A stretch of DNA of 64,000 bases, taken from the NCBI RefSeq assembly GCF_001194135.2, contig NC_068987.1, forward strand, positions 24,174,581-24,238,580, written 5' to 3'. Shown here in pieces: positions 1-12,549 of this stretch. Below the pieces are notes generated by a model. It ran no database searches. It was not told the DNA's origin and saw nothing but the letters and a program-made list of their open reading frames with translations. Within the stretch, counting starts at the first letter, position 1. Every line of letters starts with the position of its first letter. A program made the translations under genes and the position numbers. The DNA is from Octopus bimaculoides (Eukaryota).

Positions 1-311
1 AAATCATGGCTGTCCTTGCATTCAGGCATGACCCCTACATCCCTTTTCAGCCGAGTAATCCTAATCTGGTGGGCTCATGGGTGCTGGTGTCACATAAAAA
101 GTACCCATGCTGGTGCCAGGTAAAAGTGTCTATGCCAGTTTTGCATAAAGGTACCCAGTACACTTTGTAAAGTGGTTGGTGTTAGAAAGGGCGTCCAGCC
201 ATAGAAACCATGTTAAAACAGACATGGAATCAGGGCAGCTCTTCAGCCGGCCAGTTCCTGTCAAACTGTCCTACCCATGCCAGCATGGAAAACGCATGTT
301 AAATGATGATG
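1..311 (+). mobile_element. 3' tail of an RTE-type LINE or RTE-tailed SINE
   Basis: Ends GCATGGAAAACGCATGTTAAATGATGATG and matches the 3' end of the RTE copy at about 10450-10728. Confidence 0.7.
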
Positions 312-420
312 TCAATTGTTCATACTTCTGTATATATTTCTATTCTTCTTTGTTATGCAGTATTTTTGACAGATTGCCTCCTTTTTAGTAAGCTTTATGT
401 TTACTTTTCATTGTCCTATA

Positions 421-500
421 TTCTTTATTCCAGGTTTTGTGGTGACATTGAAATGGTAATTGTAGACTCAAGATATATCAAGAAATATGTTAGATTTTGA
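421..500 (+). other. Candidate splice acceptor and start of a shared 5'-UTR exon of Z1 (homologues upstream of all seven genes)
   Basis: Pyrimidine tract + CAG|GTTTTGTGGTGACATTGA, first exon base 434. Homologues begin at 11914(+), 22825(-), 30359(-), 40324(+), 52260(-) and 60734(+). Confidence 0.6.
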
Positions 501-854
501 AAACAGAAAATTGATATTATCAAAAAGCCAGAGAAATGTAAATTAAGGTTATAAACAGGTTACAGCATAGACAAGACAACTGTTTTGGTATGTGTGTATT
601 TGGATGAATCTTGGGAAATAGAGTCAGTTTACTTTCTGGCTTTTAACTCCAAGATTGAACTCTAGGCGAAAAAAAGCTGTCCTAATACAATATCTTGAAA
701 TTGTTTCCTGTAACAAAAGAATTTACAGGCTTCATCAAGCATCACTTTTTGCCTCAAGAAAAAAAAATAACATTGTTACTTCAGTGTTTATTTGGAAGTA
801 TCAGAAAAATTAATCAAATTTTAAAAAATTTTCTTGCAAAATATAAAGAAATTT

Positions 855-2069
855 ATGGAGGTGAAACTTTATGTGAATCAGGTTTGTGATCAAACACAGC
901 CTGAATCTAATGACATATCTCATCAAATATGTGTAGATCCACAGAAGAAATCATATCTCTTAAACATCAATAAGAAAACATTCACACAATCAAATGCCAT
1001 ATTGAAACAAAAGATGCTTCAGAAATGTTGGAAGAGGAAATATGTTTACAGTAAAACAATTGCTAAACTCTCTAAGAGTACTTTAACAAGTCAGAAAGTT
1101 TGTAAATGCTCAGTATGTGGTAAAATATTCTCTCAAAATTGTCACATGACTAAACACAAGTGTATACAGAGAAGCAAGAAAAAACACCATTGTGATATCT
1201 GTGGCAGAACCTTCTCTGAGAGCAGTACTTTGACTAATCATAAACGTATTCATACTGGTGAAAAGCCATACCACTGTGATATTTGCAGTAGAACATTCAC
1301 TCAGTATGGTCATTTGAGTAGACATAAATATACTCACTCAGGTGAGAAACCATATAACTGTGATATCTGTGGGAAATCATTCTCTCAGAGTGATAAATTA
1401 GCTATTCACAAACGTATTCACACAGGTGAAAAACCCTATCAGTGTGGTATTTGTGCTAAAACATTTTCTCGAAGTTCTGATTTGAATAGGCACAAGTACA
1501 TTCACACAAATGAGAAGCCATACAGCTGTGATGTCTGTGGGAAAACCTTCTCTGGGAGAAGTAATATGACTAACCACCAACGTACTCACACAGGTGAGAA
1601 ACCATACTACTGTGAAATCTGTGGAAAAACATTCTCTAGTAAATTATCTACACACAAACGAATCCATACAGGTGAAAAACCATACAACTGTGATATATGT
1701 GGAAAAAAATTCTCTCAGAATGGTCATTTAACTCAGCATTTACGTGTTCACACAGGTGAGAAACCATACCACTGTGATATTTGTGGTAAAACATTTTCTC
1801 AAAGTAGTCATTTAACACTTCATGTACGTGGTCACACAGGCGAGAAACCATATAGTTGTGATATTTGTGGTAAAACATTTTATGATAATCAGAGTTTAAC
1901 TCGTCATATACCTGTTCACACAGGTGAAAAACCATATCATTGTGATAGCTGTGATAAAAGTTTCTCTAAGAAAAAGATTTTGACTAATCACAAGCAAAAA
2001 ACACATAAAAAGCAAACCATAAAACAAGAGAATAAGTTGGAAGAATTTGTACAAATTATTACTTCATGA
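855..2069 (+). CDS. Poly-C2H2 zinc finger protein Z1 (404 aa, 11 fingers, one with a 2-aa helix deletion)
   Basis: Track ORF 834..2069 begins at a non-ATG codon. The ATG at 855 (MEVKL) aligns with the paralog starts. Repeated CxxC-x12-H-x3-H units with TGEKPY linkers. Confidence 0.93.
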   Translation: MEVKLYVNQVCDQTQPESNDISHQICVDPQKKSYLLNINKKTFTQSNAILKQKMLQKCWKRKYVYSKTIAKLSKSTLTSQKVCKCSVCGKIFSQNCHMTKHKCIQRSKKKHHCDICGRTFSESSTLTNHKRIHTGEKPYHCDICSRTFTQYGHLSRHKYTHSGEKPYNCDICGKSFSQSDKLAIHKRIHTGEKPYQCGICAKTFSRSSDLNRHKYIHTNEKPYSCDVCGKTFSGRSNMTNHQRTHTGEKPYYCEICGKTFSSKLSTHKRIHTGEKPYNCDICGKKFSQNGHLTQHLRVHTGEKPYHCDICGKTFSQSSHLTLHVRGHTGEKPYSCDICGKTFYDNQSLTRHIPVHTGEKPYHCDSCDKSFSKKKILTNHKQKTHKKQTIKQENKLEEFVQIITS

Positions 2070-2659
2070 AGTATAAGACATTTTATACAATAGAACTATT
2101 GAAAGTGGAGGAAGGTAGACAAGAGTCGTATGTTCATTCAACCATAACATTTTTCTTCCAGAACTTTCTTCAACACAGTACTGGAACTGAATGTAAATTT
2201 ACATATGTTTATGTAACTAGCTTACAGAGGCTTTATGTAAATAATAAAGTTATAATGTTTTATAATCAAACTTTATATAAACCTCTTCATTGATTCAATT
2301 TGGTTTAAAATTAATATCTGATCTGATTACACTGACATCTGTCACTATTTTGATGTTAAACAGTTGATAATTGTGACAGTTACTTTTGCCTCTGTGGATT
2401 AAAATTCCAATAATCTTGAAAAGCCATTTCATTAGCTCTTTCAGCCAAATATAAGTTTGTGATTTTGGAAGAAGAGTGATTAATTATAAAATTAATTTAA
2501 ATAGATTCTTTGTAGGTTATTTTGTTCAAATTGTCAAATATATTTCAAAAAACATAAATGAATGATATTTGGAATAGAGCAATGACTTGAAGAAGATGAC
2601 AGGGAAGTAGAAATCTGATTCAATGGAATTAGTAGCATCTGTTTAGACATAATTATAGC

Positions 2660-3540
2660 ATAGTCACTTGTTTACTCAGACCCTTGGCTCCTCCTAGGGC
2701 ATAATAATCTCTTTCCATCTACTCTTGTCCTGGGATTTCATCTCCAGTTTCCCCCCAGTTCCATCTTGATCTTCTCACTCTTCTTCAGGTTATATTGCTA
2801 GAAGTTCCTTGGGCTTCCTTTTATCCTTGGAGTTACACTTTAATGATTGCCTAGCAACATTGTATTAAACCACTTTGAAGAGTTATCCAATCCAGTGCCA
2901 CTTTCTTCATAAAATAGGGGGTTTGCTTCCACAAGACTATGTTTCTGATTCACTTGCTTTGAGGACATGACAGCAATATCTTTGTGTGAGGCATTTTCAT
3001 CTTTGTGTCCACTGTAAAGCTCTAAATCATCTGTTGAAAGTCTTTCTTGTCCTGCTTGAAGCCATCATGTTTCACTCAACCTGAGTATGGCAAGGTTGCA
3101 TCTCTTGCACTGGCCAAGCATTTGTGCTGTTTTGCCTCTTTCATATGTTGTGATGTTCTGTGAAACAGTTGTGACTTTGCTCATGGCTGTCAGGAAAGGT
3201 ATCGGCTGTGCAACATCCTTTCAGCTTGAGCTGCAATGCTTCATTCTCTCTTTGCAAGATCCATCTGATCCCCAAGTCTGTGAAACCAGCTTTTGATTCT
3301 TCTCTGACATTTCTGTAGTGAGTGTAGGTTTTTTTTTTTTTATGGTGAGGCTGTTAACCCCACACTAAACCTCTAGCCTAGAGGACTGGGGACTACCTTT
3401 TGGTCTGGATTTTATCCTTTGACCCTTCTAGTATGATTAAATCTACCAGGAAGTGAAAACTCCCTGCTAGTATAACTCTCAAGGTCATATAAGTGCAAAA
3501 ACGTACCTAACACAGTAAGGTGACAGTCCATGCGGGTGTA
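2660..3540 (-). mobile_element. Degenerate, internally deleted RTE-type LINE relic
   Basis: The reverse strand resembles the RTE C-terminal W..H.LR...GKRK.GRP region, and 3330-3540 resembles an RTE 5' UTR. No intact ORF. Confidence 0.35.
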
Positions 3541-4548
3541 TGGGATAGCATCTTGTTAAAAAATGACATGCTACAAGCTGGTGATTAACTTTATACTCAG
3601 AGCAGGATCCAAACCAAGCAGTTAGCACCATAACTGAAATAGTTTTATGAAGTGAGAAACATGTTGAAAGGAGCAGAAAGATAAGGGTAACATAAGAGAC
3701 TACCTAGAGATTAAACTGGATAAATGTCACACATACTATGCTAATAGAATAAAAATAACTGTTTTACATCAATAGAATGTCATGGGTGAAGTGTAAAACA
3801 GAAATCCAAGTGGACCACAATAAATGTTCTTGTGAGAAAATTGATTTGATTTTAGTTCTTTCAATTACCTAAATTTTATTTAAAGATCTCATCTATTACG
3901 AAAATATGGCTGATGATTTGATACATCAATTAGTTTAGTTTTAAAACGTCAATTCTTTCTTATGGAAGTTTTCCAAATGATTATGTCTTGTAATATCTAC
4001 ACCATTTGAGTGTGAATAGTATAGGATGAATGTAGTTGTAATGCAATCAGTTGAGGCTCTAGCTGGAGTGAACAATACAGAGATGGTTTGTAAATCAGTT
4101 GACATAGCAGGAAAAGTTTACAACTTCTTCAAAAATTGTTATGTTAAGATCATGAGGTTTTGGTTTGATGTGCTTCAGATAAATTGTGTGCTAAAAAAGT
4201 CCTAATGAACTGAAATTACCCCTCAAAATTTGAGAATCTCAGGAGGAGGAAGTAAAAGATTCAAATCAAGCTTTTTTTTGTGTGTGTGTGCGCTTAGTCA
4301 TACAAGATTGAGTTTGTAGAACAAAAATTCGAAAAAAAAATCTGAAAATACCAAAATCTAAAATTGTTACAATTGGTGGAATAGTGTGCTTCTATCAGAA
4401 CTCCTTCAACAAAGAAAGTAGTAAGTTAATTTATCATTGGTATATTGTTAAGTATGTTTCAGTATTTGTAGTGTACAGGACTGGCCCAGCACTACACATT
4501 ACATAAACAAGATGACTGAGGGTCCCAGAAAAAATATAACATTTTTGG

Positions 4549-4668
4549 GGATGGCAACACCAGGCTCCAATTAGATTGGAGCCGGGTGTTGCCATCCGGT
4601 TTCACCAGTCCTCAGTCAAATCGTCCAACCCATGCTAGCATGGAAAGCGGACGTTAAACGATGATGAT
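4549..4668 (+). mobile_element. 5'-truncated RTE-tailed SINE with a 23-bp fold-back at its 5' end
   Basis: 4572-4668 matches the reverse complement of the 20360 and 46250 elements. 4549-4571 is an inverted copy of 4575-4597. Confidence 0.75.
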
Positions 4669-7029
4669 GTATTGATAGATCACCTTTTTTCTAGCCAGAA
4701 CCCCTAATATCCATATGTCAATGAATAATTGCCATAGTTGTATGAACAATGCTTTGGCAGTGTCTCAAAATTGAATCATCACCAGTTAAACTAGAGATAC
4801 AATGGTGTATGGTATTTTTTATATTCTATGGCTTTTGTCTGTATTCAATAAACCACCATAACTAGGAGGAGGAGTTGCTCATTGAGGGATTAACTTAACA
4901 TGTATACCCTGACATCAGTACTGTTGTAGCAACTGTCAGATGGTAAACAAATCAGTTGAGGTGCAAAACTCTAATTAAGGCAAAGTATTTTACTACACCT
5001 CCAAAAATATTTATATAAAATCCACTAAGCTTCAATAGGAGGAAATTGCCGGATAAACCTTTATATTTACATACACACAGAAAGACATCAAAGTTAAAAA
5101 CCTTAGGTATTCAGAAGAGTGCAGCAAAAAAAGTAAACTCAGATTCATCACCCTTGATAAATGTTTCAACAGCCATCGCATATTGGACACCAATCACGGT
5201 GGTAACTAGAAAAAGAAAAAAAATTGGTAAAACATTAACTTCATGAAGACATCATTACCACCTGCTTAATTTTACTAGCGCCACACCAAAAGCTGTGTAT
5301 AATATGGGAGGTTTTTCTGTCACAACCTGCATATCAGGTTGCACTCCAAAATGACTAAGTTGAAATGCGATCCAGGTAACAAAGAAAGAATATCAGTGGA
5401 GAATATTTTGACAAGGTGGCAATAATAAATACTTCAGTGTCAACAGTAGTTATAAATAATTATTAAAACTGAACCTGGAACATAGTTTCACAATTCATTT
5501 AACTGATTAGCTTTTGGTTTGACTCCACTTTTCTTTACATTTCCACCTCATACTCATCTTTTGTTTTACTCACATCTACAATAGCTACTCATGTAGCTTC
5601 TATAGTCATTTGAATTTTTAGAAATAGCAACTAAATTCCCCTTAGCAAATTGTAAATATCTCTTAGGCAATAGATTTAATTTCTAGTTTGTGTTTAAACA
5701 TTTCTTGCCACATGACCACCACACAGAAGAGGCCAAGAAAGAGTGTCAGAGTTGTAAGTGCTACCTTTTGAGGGGAAAAATGAATGAAGTAACTAGTTTT
5801 TTTAATGTTATACATAGTCATGTAATTCTTTATGCTCAACAAGGAATTGCAGGAATACTGAAACTGAGTATTGCTTTTCAGTAAGATCTCACCACTAGAG
5901 CACCAGTGATCATTTGTCTTAATATATATATATATATTTCGTTTTGGGATTTGGTTTGCAAGATTTTTTATGTGATTTCGTGTGTTGAAGCATATTCTGT
6001 TGTGTCTGGGGAGAGTCATTTTCTTATTGTGCCTTAAAATTTAACACACTGACCGTTAAAATTTCCACTTATTTCTTATTTTTACTTTCCTAATATGTGT
6101 ATCTATCTATCTCTATATATATAGAGAGAGAGAGAAAGTAATAACGACGAAGGGTTTTAAAAAGCATAAAAATAATTGAAAATGAAACAAAATTGAAGGC
6201 AAAACACTAAAAACTATTGAAAGTGGGTAGAAATAAACACTACGTGGTAGTGAGTATAGCTGTTTGGTGTGCTATAACCCTGGAAATATTCATTTTTTAA
6301 AGAAGGTATTCATTTAACAAATTCCAGAAGGAAGAGGTTTAAATCGTCCTCATAAGTATTTAAAAAAAAACATAATTGTAGCCTACATCATGAAAACGTA
6401 TGAGAAACGAAACCGAGTCGTGTGAATTATTGGAACTCTTATCACCTCAATCCTTTCGAAAACAATTTTGCAACAAATTCGGATATAATCGTAATCTATA
6501 CCGTATTTATGGAACATTTCATTAAAAAAAAAATCTATTTTTTAGAAAAGTTATGACGAAACAAAGTCGATAGAAGGGGACACGGTTGTGTATTTACGCT
6601 ATTCCTAGCTAGCTTTGTGTTTCCTGCATTCATTCAATGTTAAACGAAGCAGGTCTTTATAAACATACAGTCGATTAAAAAAAAACCTGGTCAATAGAAA
6701 TTTCCCTGATATTTGGAGAAAGAAAGTAAAAACTTAGCATAAATTATTAGCAACTTACTGATTTCAGCAAATTAAAAATTAATTTGAAAATTTTTATTTC
6801 TCATGCTGAAGGCAAAATTTAATTTTTGTTAACTGAAACGGTGACAGCAATGGACATCATTGAACCCGCAAATGCAGTTTATTCTACACAATCTTGCTTG
6901 ATCTATTGGTAGGAGTTTTAAATGTAGAGAAAAATAGGTTAAACATGGGAAAATGCATCAGTAATTTTCAAAATTGAGCTAGTGGAAATAACTCAATCTT
7001 ATGGCGAATCTAAATGAATGATGTGAATA

Positions 7030-7203
7030 TTGGTACAAGGCCAGGAATTTAGTGGGCAAGTTGATTTCATCAACCTCAGTGCTCAATTGGAACCTATTTT
7101 TCGACGACGAAAAGATGAAAGTCGACCTTGGCGGAATATAAAGGCGGGCGAAATACCGCTAAGCATTTTGCCCGGTATGCTAACGATTCTGCCAGCTCGC
7201 TGC
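7030..7203 (+). mobile_element. SINE fragment (family also at 18735-18952)
   Basis: Shares GATT(T/A)CATCAACCTCAGT...AAAGTC(G/A)ACCT...CTAAGCATTTTGCC...AACGATTCTGCCAGCTC with the 18735 copy. Confidence 0.65.
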
Positions 7204-8509
7204 ATTAAATTAACTGAATATTGATGTATTAAATGAAGTACGCCCGAAATTCCCAATTGAAATTTCCCTTTATGTTGGGGAAACAAAGTATATCACTAAC
7301 TGCAATCATTAGAGACATACAAAAAGGATCGGAAGGATGATTTTTAAAGAATTTCATTAAAAAACTACCTATTTCTCTTAGCTAAATTTTATTTACATTA
7401 TTTCTACACTAACGTGCTTTCGCTATTACGAAAGTGTGGCTGGTAATTCGTTCAGGTTTAAACTACATCGTTTAGTCAGTGCTTTATTATAGTGGAAGTT
7501 TACTAAATGATCGTGTCTAAATTGTCTCTTAAGAGCCACAAATCTGCTTATTTCTAAATATTATTGCACCTAACAGTAAGAAAAAGAAATGAAGAAAACA
7601 GTAAGTTGTCAGCTTATTATTGAATATGATATTTTAGTATTTGTAATGCAAATATCTCTTTTTGTAACAAATTGCAATATGTATTAATTGCTATGTTTAA
7701 TCTCCATTTAAAAGTTAAACATCAATTTTAGAAACTACTCACCAGCACTAAGCTTAGTGATATTGAATTATTTGTTATTAATCGTCACATATTGTCACAA
7801 TATTCTCCATTGCTATTATCTCACTGAATTTTATTTCGACCAAATCAGTTTTAAGTCTGTCGTCTTGCTGCAGACACCAGGATTTGGCGCTTCCTTCGTT
7901 TTCAGGACCTTCATCCGAGTAAAAAAGTATTTATCTTGTCAAAAGTAAAGTGTTTTCCCTGAGCGAAAAGTGGAAATGTTATTTAATTTATTGCTTTAAC
8001 TTTAGATAACATTATCGAAAAGAAAACATTCGTTAGAAATCACTACACTTTGGTCGACAAGAAATTGTGAAGTGTGTGTGATTTATTTAATATCGCGTTT
8101 ATTAAATTATTGACAGGCATTTGAAATGGCTGTCATTTAAAAGGGTGTTCTTTCGTTTTCATAAACGTCAGATTATTCGTTAATTTCCGTAAAAATTTTT
8201 TATTTCTTAACTTTTGTTTTCATGACGTGTGGAAGGTGTCATTTGCTTTGAAGTGAGAGGAGAAAGTGAAAGATGTATGTACGTGTATATAAAAGATTAG
8301 TGGATGTACGTGTGTATATGTTTGTGTGTGCGTGCGCACTGTGTTCAGCACACAAACACACGTACACCCATTATCTTTCATATACACGTGCATACCATAA
8401 ATACATATGCATGCACCTTTTTTGTATGCATGTGCATGTGAGAAAGAGAGAGAGTGGGTGTATGTTCTCATGTATGTATTTTTCTACACAATTGTGTGTA
8501 TGTATTTAT

Positions 8510-9480
8510 TCTTTTGTTTCAACCCTAAGGCTGTGGCCGTCTAGAGGCACCGTCAGTGTAGTCACTTTTTTAATGGCCAATCCTATGTTGCCTCTTTTTA
8601 GTTTCTTACTTTCATATTGGTTCATCTGGGATTTTGGATAGCAAGAAGTCAAGTTGTTTCTTGAAAACATCTACCCCCACTCCATGGTGAGCCCTGAAGG
8701 CGTTATAAATAGCTGTGGGTCCTTGAATCCGAAGCTATTGCAGTACATGATCCTCACCTTAAATGGGGCAATTGGGATCTTTGGAATAGTGCAGTGACGT
8801 CCAATTTGGGATCTGGTATAACTCGATTCCAAAGTTTGGTGCCAGCCCCTCTAGTACCTTCCACACAAATATAATTGCATACCTTTCCCGTCTTCACTCC
8901 AGGGAGTAGAGTTGTAGCTCTTTCAGTCTCTCCCAGTAGCTTAGCTCTTCCATCGATGCAATCTTCCTTGTGTAACATTGCTGAACTGCCTCAAGTTCCA
9001 CTATTAATCCAACACTGTAAGGTGACCACAGTTAAGAGCAGTGGTCCATAGGACCAGCATAGTTTCTGGTTAGTGATATGCATATTGCTTGGTTACATGT
9101 CACTAAGTCTCTCAGGTGCTGTGTTTTGTGTTATTGGGACGTTACGAGGCCCCTGATGTTCAGCAAGAATACTGGTGTGACATATAGGATGTCAGTAGCG
9201 GCCACTGGTTTAACATGTGCAGAAGTGTTAGAGGTGGCCACCTTGGATGTTTGGTGAAGCCAGGTCAGCTGCCTTACAATCTTCTGTGCAACCTCCAAAA
9301 AAGCCTGTTGTTCAGCAATCACTGTCTGCACTGCATCCACAGTTTCTTTCCTCCTGGGAGCTGTGTGTGGTGGTCTTCAGGCAAGTGAAACAAGTACCAC
9401 TCACATGGGATTTGAGATGAGCAAATTTGCAGCCTGTCCCAATGTCACCATGCCAGCAGGTACCCTTTACATAGAACTTG
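8510..9480 (-). mobile_element. CR1-like LINE relic (RT C-terminus joined to an endonuclease start, internally deleted)
   Basis: Reverse-strand translation gives ELEAVQ.CYTRKIASMEELSYWERLKELQLYSL..RRERYAII and GVDVFKKQLDFLLSKIPDEP, typical of a CR1 ORF2 C-terminus. Confidence 0.7.
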
Positions 9481-9710
9481 CAGACTAGTTTGGTTTCCTT
9501 TTTAACAGAGCCATTGCTTTTGCAGGTTCCCTTTCATTTTCCTTGTTAACCCATCTTGAGCCCACATCCATTCTCAGCTCACCAGCCTGCTGGTACGTAT
9601 TTAGGTGGGCAGTAACTATAAATAAGAACTGATATGGTCCATGACAATCCATACAACCTGTTGTAGCATGGAAAGCAAATGTAAAACAATAATGATGATG
9701 ACACATGCAT

Positions 9711-9743
<33 letters not shown>

Positions 9744-9744
<1 letters not shown>

Positions 9745-10728
9745 GGTGTACCCAGTGCAAGCTATGGACATGTAAGAGGTGCAGCAGTATCACTGGAAGA
9801 TTAACAGAAAAAGTAGTCTTTACATATGTCAGATGTGCAGGTACGCTAAACACCAGGAATGCACAGAAAATAGACTCACTCAAATGTCAGAGATCATCCT
9901 TAGAAGTAGTAAGCAGTTTTTGTTACTTAGGTGACCAAGTTAGCAGTGGTGGTGGTTGTTCTGAAAGCATAGCTGCTTGAATAAGAACGGGCTGGGCAAA
10001 GTTTGGAGAGCTACTACCTCTGTTAGTAACATAGAGTCTCTCCATCAGAGTGAGAATGTACAAACAGCTATGCTACATGGCAGTGAGACATGGGCTGTGA
10101 CTACTGAGGACATGCAAAGGCCTGAAAGAAATGAAGCTAGTATGTTATACTGGATGGGTAATATTAGTGTACATATACGTTAGAGTGTAAGTGATTTGAG
10201 AGAAAAACTGGGTATACGAGGCATCAGATGTAATGTGCAAGAGAGAAGATTGTACTGACATGGTCATGTATTGTGTATAGATGGAGACAGCTGCTTCAAG
10301 AAGTACCAATCTAATTGTGGAGGAAACTTGCGGAAGGGGCTGCGACAAAGTGGTGAGAAAATATCTTCAGCATTGGGCCCTCACAGAGGGGATGGGAAAG
10401 GACCAAGACTTCTGGCAGTTTGCTGTGCTTGAGAAGACATGTCAAGCTAAGTAAAATCATGGTTGTCCTTGCATACAGTCATGACCCTGCTACAGCTGAT
10501 CAATCCTAATATTGAAGGCTCATGGGTGCTGGTGCCATGTAAAAAGCACCCAGTACACTCTGTAAAATGGTTGGTGTTAGGAAGAGCATCGAACCATAGA
10601 AACTATACCACAACAGACATGTAGCCTAAGCAGCTCTTCAGCCTGCCAGCTCCTGTGAAACCATCCAACCCATTCCAGCTTGGAAAACGGATGTTAAATG
10701 CTGCTGCTGCTGATGATGATGATGATAT
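9744..10728 (+). mobile_element. RTE-type LINE, 3' portion of ORF2 plus 3' UTR (disrupted)
   Basis: LEVVSSFCYLGDQVSSGGGCSESIAA and MLHGSETWAVT motifs, a (GAT)n tail, and stops and frameshifts. Confidence 0.85.
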
Positions 10729-12019
10729 ATATATATATATATAATGCAGTGAGAAAAAATCATAAGTAACTGATTAAAATTATTTCCATTATTATGAGCT
10801 CATCAGCAAAGCATACACCTAACGATTTGGCAATCTTTAGATTATGGAGTGCTTTGCTGAAATAGTTATTCACAATGTCTTTATACAAATGCATTATAAT
10901 ATGCTTAAATGATACTACTTGCATTGCAACTGTGGCCAAGTTGAAACTGATGCTAATTGTCATTGACAACTGCAGTTTGGCAGAATGATGTTACAAACAT
11001 TGATCTTTTTGCTGAAACTTTTGCAATCTCTCCAAATGTATGAAATTCCAATGAATAGAATGGGAATATGTGTTAGTAGGTTCCTACAAGAGTGACTTGA
11101 TCTCCTAAAACTCCAGCTACCAAATGATGCTACAGGCTTTTCTCATTATAGCTGGTTAGTTAATGGTATCTGCTGAATTAATGAGAACTGGTTTCTTAAT
11201 GTGATTTGTGGTGGTTTCTTTAATATTATCATTACAACTTGATTGAGATTCAGGAATTGTCTCATGATTGAAGAAATTGTATATGTTTCAGCTTTATTAT
11301 AACCTCATATGTGAAGTATAGGTTATAAGAAGTTCAAAACATTTTACATGCTGTTGATATCCTTGAGTTATTTATTGCCTAAGCATTTCTACTTTTCTAC
11401 ACCAACCACTGTGTAACCTAGTATAAACTTTGTGGTTTCGCCATCATGACATTAGCATATACTGTGAAATCTGTACATTGCTGGTGAGGTGGTAATGGGC
11501 TTAAAACTCATTTAAAATAATATGATATTAGTCACTGGATATTGTTGTTCTTTCCTTTTTTTAACCAGTTAATTATTTTTAGGGTTAGCTTTTCTCTTTT
11601 CCCCAACATTAAATATGTTAGTACTAACTTAACTTTCATGCTAATGGTATTCTGAGTGTTCATAACCTTACTAAAAACATTCTGTATTTTAATTCCATCA
11701 AAAGCTCCTGTTATTACTTTTTATGTATGTGTATCTCATTACTGTTATCCCTGCTTTAAAGTTTTAATAAATGTCCTTCCTATTGTGTCTTTCCTTTATA
11801 GACATTTTCTGATTTTTCTTTATTATTCTAACATTTAGTGTCTCTGGTCAAGTCCCTCCTCTCTAATAACTTTTCTGTTACCTTTTCATTGGCTTTCTAA
11901 TATTCTGTTTCAGGGTTTGTGGTAACATTGAGATGGTGACTGCAGATTCAAGATTTATAAAGAACTTTGTCAGATTTTGAAAACAGAAGACGGACATTAT
12001 TCAAGAACCCTATTAATTG

Positions 12020-12170
12020 TTCTTTCATCATCATCATCATTTAACATCTGTTTTCCATACTGGCATGGGTTGGACAGTTTGACAGAGGCTGACTAGGCAG
12101 AAGACTGCACCAGGCTTCATTGTTTTGGCAGTGTTTTTATGGCTGGATACCCTTACTAACACCAACCAGC
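12020..12170 (-). mobile_element. RTE-tailed SINE fragment between the Z2 acceptor and ATG
   Basis: (CAT)n TTAACATCTGTTTTCCATACTGGCATGGGTTGG, absent from the homologous Z1 region. Confidence 0.7.
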
Positions 12171-12549
12171 GATATAACCTTGATTTTTTGTGAAATTAAG
12201 ATTAAAGCTATAAACAGTTTATAATTGAGTTATGGAACATGAAGATTTCATTGGTTTTGTTGGGAAGTCTTTTATATCTGTATAGCTTGAGAACTGGAGT
12301 CAGTTTTCAAGTTGCTGATTTTTAATTCCAAGATTGAACTCTAGCAAGAGAAACTGTCCCAATAAAATATCTTAAAACTGTTTCTTTACAATTGAGACAT
12401 CTACAGACTTTGTCAAGTATCATGTTTTTTTGTTTTCTCAGTAAGAGAAAATACATGGTAAATATTTATTGAAAAGTTTCAGAGAATTTAGTTTCCTTCA
12501 GTACACATTTGAAATTAAACAAACATTTTTAGATATTTGTAAGAAAATT

